A stretch of DNA of 64,000 nucleotides, taken from Ophelia neglecta. Lineage: Eukaryota. The stretch covers positions 62,744,001 to 62,808,000 of the forward strand of contig OZ260661.1 of the NCBI GenBank assembly GCA_965285935.1. Reading direction: 5' to 3'. The position numbers and the translations under genes were made by a program. Positions 54,401 through 64,000 of this stretch are shown piece after piece (the first letter of the stretch is position 1; the number at the start of each line of letters is the position of its first letter). Under the pieces are notes generated by a model. The model saw nothing but the letters and a program-made list of their open reading frames with translations, did no database searches and was not told where the DNA came from.

Positions 54401-55942
54401 GACAAGAGTCGACTGGCAGGCGTGGCCATTGTGATGCAACACAGACCAATGCAGCAGCAGATCTTATGTCTGGCAAATGATGCCATTGATCAGGGACAGG
54501 CTTGTGGGGCCCAGCACGGGCTAATTCCTGCTTGTGTAGCTTTTCTTTAAGAAGGCCATTAATGTGAGGAAAAGCATGGAACGTTGCGTTTCCTGTGGAA
54601 TTTGTGGAAAAAGTATGCAATGCAAAGTTTTTTTTGGTTTTATTGCGTCAGTGGGTTCCATTGTCGGTGTTATCGGCATGCTCTATTAAGTCACTTTTTC
54701 GGAGTTCGGCCAAATCGAAGTGATTTAACCCATCCTAATTGATAACAGGCACAATCTGTGGTGCTGGTCTGGCTTTTTGTATTGGCAAATCTCTAGTTCA
54801 CACTGATGATGTGGCTCATGATCTAGTCTTAGAGATCCTCTATTTAAGATTTATATGGAAACAACTGGTACAATGTAATTTATGTAATCATTATGTAGAT
54901 GCGTGTACTCGTTGTAATCCTATTGTAATCCTAGGGATTACCCTTGTTCTACAAGTTTGTGACCAGCTTGAAGTGGTTGCCCATTTCTTTGGTTGTTAGT
55001 CTCAATATTAATTTTAACTTGCAGGTAGACATGCAGTATATTGTTTTGTATATAGGGAGAATATAATTTTAACTGTGTGTAAACATTGATCCATATATTA
55101 TCTGTTGTGTACATCTGCAGATACACTAAATTATCAAATTCAACATTATATGTAATTAGATGTTAATTTATCCTAATAAAACTTACATTACATGTAAAAT
55201 TAATAAGGATGCACACTGCCTGTGTGCTTTATGTCTTCAAGCCATTGTGCTGTCAAATGAAAATGAGCATGTGCCTGGAAAGGTTATCTTCTGGTGACTT
55301 CAGCTCTCACACAACTATAATAATATATACAATAAGTCTGAATATTCAGGGCTGGGTTATTAGCATACATATTAAATAGCTGTCCCTGCCTGACAAAAGC
55401 ACTTAACTAACTAGTCTGTCTCACCACTGCCATGGAATTCAATACTTGTTCCACAACACTTGGAGTGATCATTGTAAATATTTCATCAAAATCACATTGT
55501 ATTGTCCCTGGCCCTGACAGTAAGAATTGTGCTGCGCAAAACCTATTTGGGTGTTTTGATTGTTCAGCCAGCATCAGTGTTGCTATGAAGCTGTTTTTCT
55601 TCTAGTTTTTCAAATCTAGAATTTAACTTTTATTAAAAGCTTATGTTAAGCCTATGCAAATATAATCCAGTGCACTGCATACCTTCTATTGTGTTATCAC
55701 CTACAGTAATAATAGCATTTATAAGGTGTGCTCAACGTCCTTTGCAAGCATTGGCATTGAACTAATGTGTTCAATATGCTCAGCCTTTAATGGGTATTGA
55801 TTTTACCTAAATGGAAAAGCCAGCCTGTGTGTACAGAAAGAGACACTTGTTCCCCATCTGAATTAAGTGATATTTTTTCATGCCAGCGGTTTCATTAATG
55901 TGTAAACTAATGTACATCTATGTGCTACACTACACATCAGGG

Positions 55943-56140
55943 TTGAACAATGAGTCAACCTCATTTTCTTATTGACCAATAAGTAAAACTTTTTTACCAT
56001 ATTGACCAATGGGTAAACCTCTTATACCATATTGACCAATGAGTGAACCTTATTGACCAATGAGTAAACCTCATTCCCCATACTGACCAATGAGTAAACC
56101 TCACTTACCATATTGACCAATGAGTAAACCTCTTTTACCA
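55943..56140. repeat. About 30-bp degenerate tandem repeat, about 7 copies, CCAAT-containing
   Basis: Core TATTGACCAATGAGTAAACCTC recurs at mostly 30-bp spacing. Confidence 0.9.
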
Positions 56141-59100
56141 AAGTCAAATCTCTAAACTTGTGATTCTGAAACACCTGTGTTTAGTGTTTTAAATGACATT
56201 GTAAAAGAGGTCTGATATGCCTCTCCTCAATCCTAGTAAGGTGATAATCTAACTTTATCATGTAAATAATAGATGTACATGTCTATCAATACCAAACCAG
56301 TAGAGTTGAGGTTTGGATGTTACTGCCACAGAGGGAGAACTCTGTTTGGGTTATTTGGTATGCAGGTGATCTGATGAATGATATAAGCTCTTCCTGGAGC
56401 ATGTTTCAAAGAAGTTTTTGATTGCATTATATAACTGTTCAGCTGCAACTTAAGCAATGAAACATTTGGTCATAAATTTGACAAAATGTTTGCCGGGCCG
56501 GCTTTTTATGTTGTTGGTATTCTCACTGGAGTTAATGCCTGCTGATGGCCAAATCATGTAGTGGCTTCCAGTCCTGTACAGCTGAAACATAAATGTGGAA
56601 TTGTTTTATTGGCATTTGGCTGTGGCCTTGGCAAGTCCAGCTGCTGAGCCTTGAAGCTGGCCAGCCTGTGGACAGAGATGATGATCCTCATGGATACCTT
56701 CCCCGTACTAACAGCTAGGAGTCTTCATTAAAGTCCCCTGACCTTGGAGAGCTCACATCAAAATACACAGATTGAGTAATAAACAGGGAATGTATACAAC
56801 TGGTCAGAGAAGAACATTAATTCGAAGCTCATAGGTTATTTGCCATGTTTTGTTAAGTTGGGTCCCACTGGTATGAACTAGACACACTGAAGCAGAAATA
56901 TCAGGCAGGTAGTTGAGGGCACCCTGATATCATGTCAACCGCTGCCTGAGTGATATGAATAACACAATGGCCAGTTTCATAAACACATGCTTAACATGTT
57001 AGCTTTTTGAAACTGCTCCCAGTTCCATGGGACTGTTTGTCTGACCTTGCAAATACAGACTACTGTGTGTCCAGGCACCCATAACCAGACACCAAGACAC
57101 CCGAGGCTGGTACCTAGGTAGGGGCCATATTATACATGTATGTACATGTACCTTAACATATGGTCAGTTATTTGGCCATCATATCATCCCTGCTACTTGA
57201 TACGTGTGTGTTCCCTCTCCTTCAGGCTCCCCCTCTCCATCAGGCTCCGGTGGATCTCATGTCAGCAGGACTCCTGCTCGGACCAATTTGGTATTGGCCA
57301 TGCATTAGAGAGAGGCGTGTGAACATACAAGTGATCACATAACCTCCAATACCAGCTCAGCCCAATACCATGAACACAATAGGTCAGATTAGCCACAGAG
57401 CGCCTTCAAGAATTACTTTTAGCTGTTGATTGACTATGTTGTGGTCAAAAATAGCCCCGCCACTTTATAATCAATTTCAAATCAGTTGAACTGTTAAGCT
57501 CACAGTAGTCTCCTAAGTAAGATGAATGTGGGTAATGTTAGGGCCTACTGCCCTGTTATGTAATCTACATACAGCAATAGTTGTGTTATCTGTTGAGCGC
57601 TGTGTTTTCAAATGTAAAGTTCAGATGTTCTGGCATTGCAATAGGACAAATAAGTATTTCTTTTGATATATGGAAAAGTTGACCTTTCAATACTTTTTGC
57701 ATGTCATCCATTTTTAGAATAAATATTACGGTATTTCACAATTAGAGAAAAGCAATATTCAGTCTGGTGTTTTGTACAAAGTTTTGTTGTACAGAAAGGA
57801 CTTTATTTCGGGGCAAGTTCGCCAGTTGTATCAAGAATGGTGACTGTGAGCAGTATTCGAAATGTACTAAATTCACAATTTTTTGGTCTTGGGAATTAAT
57901 AGTTTGGCAAAATAAGGCGGTGTCTCCAATATTGGAGCCCTTATGTCATATATTATGCTCAAGTCATAGAGTCTGCTGTGCAGGAAGTCAATAAAAAATG
58001 AATATATTTGACGTTCACGAGGACTTGGAAAATGATTCTTTGCATTAAAGCTTCCAATGATGTTCATAGGCAACCAAAGGCCATTCAAATAATGGTTATG
58101 CAGAAGGCTTTCTGAAATATTCCCTTAGGAGTATTAGAGGTTATTTAAAAGCGAGACGACTCTTGTCTGTTTTACTTGTCCCCTCAGATCACATTTGAGT
58201 TTGGGGTGTATTCTTATTTATTTCAATGTGCGATCTTGTCTCAAATGCTGTGGTTATCGACCAGGTGCCCCATAAAAATGTATCTAATCTGGCATAAAAG
58301 GCTGGCGGCTCTGAAGCAAGGCAGATGAAATTCAAAATTACCCTGCATTGTATATTCCCTTGTTGTACATAGAATTGCTTAGTTCCAGTCTTGGATGGGC
58401 CCAATTGGGCCTTGACTATTGCACCATTGGCTGAACTGAATTTGCATAAACCCCCTTGTTGTAAATTATTATGTATGACCATCTTAGATTAATAAGATCT
58501 ACAAACCACAGGGGATGATATTGAGGATGAAGGTGTGCCTCTGTGGAAATTTGCCATCAGTTTGACGTTTAATGGCTGGTGATAGATTACCCAGAGGCAG
58601 AGTGCCTACATGGGGCCAGCTTTGTAGTCCATTTTCTGCAGAGCGACGAGGGAGTACATTCTGCTGTGCTTCATAGACAGTTTAATTACCTTTCTGAACC
58701 AGCAGTTTAAATAAAGTAAGAGAAGATGCATGTATGTCAGTTATGAAAAGTGAATTATCAGCTGACCATTGGTAATAAATAACAACTTGATATGTGATTA
58801 GATAACAGTTTGCCATCAATTAAAAACAACTATTTAGTAGATAAGTTCATTGTCCACATCAAACATAAGTTGAGATATTGACTTTATTCTTTTATTAGTT
58901 TTAGTGGGGGGCGGGGGGCATTCCTCCATGCTTTCTTTATCCAAATGCAACAAACAATTTTTTACCAGGATTAAATGAGGTCTCTTTTTCACTTGTATTA
59001 GCAATTATGTCAGTGATCATGTAGAAGAAATTTGGTTTATCACCTGATCAATGCTATGCAATGGTTTGATGTCCGACAGTTACCACCAGTTTGACTTGAT

Positions 59101-59779
59101 AGCTGATATCAATTGAACAGGAGACTGAATGTGACAAATTGTGTTCCCTACCATTGGCCTGGCATGCAAATGTCATTGATATGGTCAAAGATTGCAGAAT
59201 CTGGGCCTGGCGAGTATAACTAGACAGGGGCCACAGACGTTGTAGGTCAAGATAGAGACTATAAGATCTGTAGTGACACTGGCCCTGCACAGCGTTAACC
59301 ATAACTGATGATCCAGTTAAGGAGACCTGAATAGACAATTTTCCTGTGCTACCAAGCTTGTGATAAGTGAACAGGTCATTTCCAGCTAGTGTTAGATCAC
59401 AGAAGTGGATGGAGATTCAATGACGACTGTCTGTCCCCAGGCTGAGGACAAGACATCCCAGCACCGTCATTTAGACGGCTGTAGTGGGCATTTACCATGT
59501 TTGAAAACTTTTGTGTGTGTGAAAATACCACATGCAGTATTGGGTATTTGATCCATATATATGTGATAGATAAAAGTAGTAAATAACTGCATTCTATAAC
59601 ATTGATTATTCCTGTATTACATTACTTATTGACTTACCATTGCATCAAAGGTCTACTATTTCAAACTACTCTCATTACATTTTATTCATGGCTTCAAAAT
59701 GTAATATTTGAGTCGGTTCAAAAAGCATCCTGAACTGTCCCAGATTACCCCACCTTGTACATGTATACATGGTTATGTT

Positions 59780-60350
59780 AATGCCGTGACAGATTCCTAT
59801 ATCGCAGCCTGCCTATTGGCCGATTAATTCTGGAGATTTCTGGCAATCCATGCACACTTGCGTGGGACCGACCCAGCCCCAAATCCCACCGAGCATTGAC
59901 TATTTCGGCAATGGTCCTACAGCATCTTTCGCTGAACAGCAAGCGATCACAGCGGGGGCATGTATCGCGCTTCAAACACCATGCTCCTTGCATGGAAACT
60001 AGCATCCTGTATTTTAGCGTGTTCAACATGATCTCACACTCAACAAAAGCCTGTCATTTTGAGAATTTTTCATTATGAAGAAATAAAAAACACGTTTAGT
60101 TCTAACTGAGCCATGTGCGATTTAAATTCGGTGTGTTCATTTTTATTTAGCTTAGATGTGAACATTCGGCTGGTCTGGAAATGTGTCACGGTCATCGTAC
60201 GCATTCTCACAGCATGCGGAATATCGGCAATCTCTGCTGTCAGTCAACGGAATGGCCTCCGACGATGTCGGAGTAGTCACCCCATTGGCGGTGGCAGCGC
60301 TGACAGGTCAAAATGTGCAGACGACATTACTGAGACAATAGCCAGAACGA
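59780..60350. promoter_or_regulatory. CpG-rich patch, candidate unmethylated regulatory element or internal promoter
   Basis: About 30 CpGs counted by eye in ~600 nt, the densest patch in the window, ~550 nt upstream of the RRM2 exon. Confidence 0.4.
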
Positions 60351-60889
60351 TTCTTTTCACAAACAAACACAGTGCAAAAGAAATCAAAGGAAAGTTTGAC
60401 CAAAGATTAAAGCATGTGGAGTGACCATGCCCTCGTTGTGATTTGAACCGTACAGTACTCCTAAAAATTTAAAAGGAGCCTAGTGTCCGTGAGCTTTGTT
60501 TAGCAGGGTCAATTAGCAACAAGCATTGAAAAGTCACGTTCAATGATAGAAAATGTATCATTTGACTATGCATTTCCTAGTTATTATTAAAATGTTTTTC
60601 ACCAAATTGATGACCTTGTTATTATTAAATCAATTACAGTAAGCCCTGGGGCTCATCTTATGTTTTTTAGCTCTGCACATACAGGGGCGGCAGGAAAACA
60701 CCAAAAATAAATATATTCAGTGAAAAACCTGTGGGACTCGTGCATGGTGTATTGGGTCTTGTACACAACAATCACGACTATTGTATCAACCTGTTTCTAT
60801 TAATTAAAAGTTCGGGTTAATTTCAGTGTATAAATGGCCATAAAAACATATATAAATGTTCTGTATTAACTTTTATTTATTTATTCCAG

Positions 60890-60977
60890 AGCACTTCCAT
60901 ATATTTGTGGGTGACCTAAGTCCGGATATTGAAACACATCAGTTACGTGAGGCCTTCGCACCATTTGGACATATTTC
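60890..60977 (+). CDS. TIA1: TIA-1/TIAR exon: start of RRM2 including RNP2 ((K)[28 protein letters not shown](S))
   Basis: Acceptor TTTTATTTATTTATTCCAG| and donor TTC|GTAAGT; 88 nt, phase 1 to phase 2. The IFVGDL RNP2 motif and AFAPFG are typical of TIA RRM2. Confidence 0.96.
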
Positions 60978-63900
60978 GTAAGTATTGCTTAAAAAGTGTC
61001 ATCATGATAACTGCATTCTTTATTCATCCATAATTGCATATTGGCATAGAAATTAAAAAATATCCAAATTGCTCAATTAGGTCTTCTCAACAAATTATGT
61101 ATGCTTTGATTTTTCAAACCACATGCAGATTAGAATATTTAAATGAAATTTTACACATCTGGAAAGGCTAACAAATATAATTTTGTGAGGAAAAATAGAT
61201 AGCGGTCTCTTCTTTATACCTGTAGATAAGAAAATTAATCTTTTTTTGCTCATGCTTTTTCATTTTGTGGGCATGCTTGTTTCAAGTAGTTGTGTTCTCA
61301 TTCATTTGATCTTTACCAAAAGGGGCTTAGGACAAGAAGTATTACTCTTATTAACAAGACACCACACTGTAGTAATAGAACTTTGGCTGGCAAGCCTGCC
61401 TTACTCAAAACATTATTTGGAACATAAGAGCACTGTACTTATTGTTTGATTTAATAATAAACCATTACAAATAACTTTTAACGTGCATGCTTAACCTGAA
61501 TAATCTAATGGCTTGAAATTTTGGGGGAACTGCTGCAGGATTTTGCTGCATTATATTTTTAGGAAGGGCTAAAATAGTTTGGACAAAAGTATTACAATTT
61601 ACTGGCAAAACTTGTTACTCAAGTTGTTAACTTAAGGGAGTCTTAAATCTCCTTACCTTTATTGAAGACTGTTCTCGACAGTGGAATACTACTAATGAAC
61701 TCATTTCTACTCTTAATTATTTTTTTCCTAACTAACTAGATGGCTTAAATGAAAGTTTGACTGGGGAGTTTATTGTCTGATGTACCCCTGTAATCGCTAA
61801 GACTTGGTAGGCCTTCATCGCCTGTAGTGGGCGTAAAAAGTATTGAAGTATGTAGCGCGCCTAGAGCCAAACCTAGTTTTCATGATGGCTGGCTTGATCA
61901 GACATGACTGACAGTCAAACACAGGCAGTTCTTTTGATTCCCTCAACCTGTGTGCACAGGTGAATTCACCCATATGAAAAATGTCAATATCTGTCATACT
62001 GCTGGGCATGACACATTCCAAATACGCTCGCCCCCACATTAGTGCCTAAAAACAGGCCTACTGGACATTGACCACTTTGACCACATTGACATTGCTGGAG
62101 ATGAGCATGTCTGCTTTGTATTTGAAGTCTGAAGTTTGGTAGAAGTCTGCTGTGCCCTAACCTCTTACAGATCAATATGGCCAGGCTTGGTCTTAGGAAA
62201 TAAATGAGCTCCCATTCTTATGTATTTTTTGATTGTTTTCCTTGTTTCTGTCATATATTTTCTTACTTGTTATATAAATAAAGCATATACAAATAAACTT
62301 ACAAAAATAAATGAGATGTTCAAATTACTATATAATATGCTAAAAACTTTGTTTTTCAAGTCCTGCACAGTTATAACATAATCCTGCCAAAATAACTACT
62401 TTATTAGAAGTTAATCACACTTTGTAGTAAAATCACATGGTATTAAATTTAAGTGTAAACATCACCTGTTCTGACTCAAAGTTGAGTCAACATTTAATAT
62501 GTAATCAATCCATAATTAATTAATAACTGTCTATCCAAATTGACTGCCGGTTCGGATCAAGATATTATTTGACTAGATTATTTGATGCCCCATATCCTAG
62601 CCCCTCTCCTCTGCTGGTATATGAAGAACCCTTCACTTGTAAGGCCAACAAGAACAATATCTGCTACTTGTGAATTAAGAAATTCAAAAAAAAAAAAACA
62701 ATACTCATTTGTAGACTGCTGCTGGTTACCATAACCTCCACCCCAGGGCCACCTCACAGGTTTTCCCTTCAGATCTTTATAACTCTCACTGTTCAGGTCT
62801 TTTGGAGCCTTATTTGAGGTTCTTTCCTCTATCAGACAGTCCCTTTTCACAATTATACTATCAGATTGGGCCAGCTATTTGTTTGGCATATCAGATAGGT
62901 CCTAATGTTTTATTATTGGTTGTTTCCCATTGAGCTAGTGGAGCAGGATGCTGGAGGTAGGTTTATTTATTGAAGAAAAATGACAGCCAGGCCAAAGAAA
63001 GGCTCGTTATAAAATTCCTGACTGTTCCCCTGATGTAAATAGATAGGCAGTTTTTAGTACAAGCCACCACCACCATCCTGTGTTGTTGTGCTTTATACGT
63101 GAAGGGAAAAAAGGACTAAACTATTGTAAAGTCATTTTAACTTAGGAATGATCCAACACTTTTAGCTTTAGGCAAACTGATGCTCGGCTTTTTTTATTGA
63201 TATCAGTGGCATTTTAGTTCTGAGTTGCCACTACCTTTGGGCATGGATGAAGGCAGAATATGTTCATTTATCTGATTTAAGTTGCCTACATACAATCTTA
63301 AAGAATCCTGCAATGTACTTGTGTTAAAAACGGATGGGACGTACTTGACTTTAATGGCTGTGTTGAGGGGCTTCTGCAAAGATAGCAATACATCTGTTCT
63401 GGCTGTCACTCCTTATGGACATAAAATGGCTTCCACAATAAACAAGGCAGGTCAACAATAAACTATCTACCCTAACTGCACCAATCTGAACCCAAATTGA
63501 TGTGACCACAACAAGTGAGTTGCCAAGCACTGAGATTCTGAATAATGGATTGGAGGTAAAAAAAAAAAGAAGAAAATAAATTACACAAGGCCGAGCCCTA
63601 ACTTTTTAATAACCTGATAATCAATGGCTCAAAATCTCTTGCTTTTTCCTGTATTGAGAGCAAATTAGACTAATTGGACATTAGTCTATGTAATTATTCC
63701 TGCTGACCAGACATGCTAGTAGACTAGAAGAATGGTCATGCTAATAATGGTGCTTGGGATGAGAGACTTCCACTATATTTGCTTTAAGTGGTGCTATGAG
63801 CCTCTGGAAATTCTGTTCATTAAAATCTCCCCAAGATATTTTTCTCTCAATGATACGCCAGTTATAACTAACAGATCGCCCCTGCCAGGCTAGTGTATGA

Positions 63901-64000
63901 GGCTGGGTGTTAATCATAAAGGAGGTGGCCTCTGAAGGCTGAGCTCCTGTTATATATGGCTGATGATGCCAATCTTACAAAACCTAAACAATACATCAGT

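Larger units (their letters stand above)
29690..60889 (+). other. TIA1: 31.2-kb phase-1 GT-AG intron
   Basis: GTAAGT...TTATTCCAG; the split codon A|AG (Lys) restores the frame between the two conserved exons. Confidence 0.85.
1..64000 (+). other. TIA1: Internal part of a TIA-1/TIAR (nucleolysin) family gene with very large introns; gene probably extends beyond both ends of the window
   Basis: Two exons with canonical splice sites join in frame to [49 protein letters not shown], matching the TIA1/TIAL1/Rox8 RRM1-RRM2 junction. I did not find the NDPY-type RRM1 exon or the rest of RRM2 in the window. TIA1 versus TIAL1 cannot be distinguished for an invertebrate. Confidence 0.88.

Overview
This is eukaryotic (invertebrate animal) genomic DNA, AT-rich and CpG-depleted, not a prokaryotic window. 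Almost all of it is intronic sequence of one + strand gene encoding a TIA-1/TIAR (nucleolysin, Drosophila Rox8-like) RRM protein. Two conserved coding exons are clear: 29632-29689 (EMKVNWATSPGNQPKQDTS, end of RRM1 plus linker) and 60890-60977 ([30 protein letters not shown], start of RRM2). They splice in frame across a 31.2 kb intron. Upstream, three more exon candidates (2816-2884, 12112-12165, 26377-26475) all end in phase 0 and can join EMKVNW in frame, which suggests variable N-termini or RRM1 inserts. One lies in a CpG-rich promoter-like patch and encodes a proline-rich PPxY peptide. The introns also carry several minisatellites (51, 12, about 19, 40 and 30 bp units), G-runs, and candidate recursive splice sites, microexons and poison exons. 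Nearly all ORFs in the supplied track are spurious or repeat-derived. The alternative-exon calls come from splice signals read by eye and need RNA-seq confirmation.
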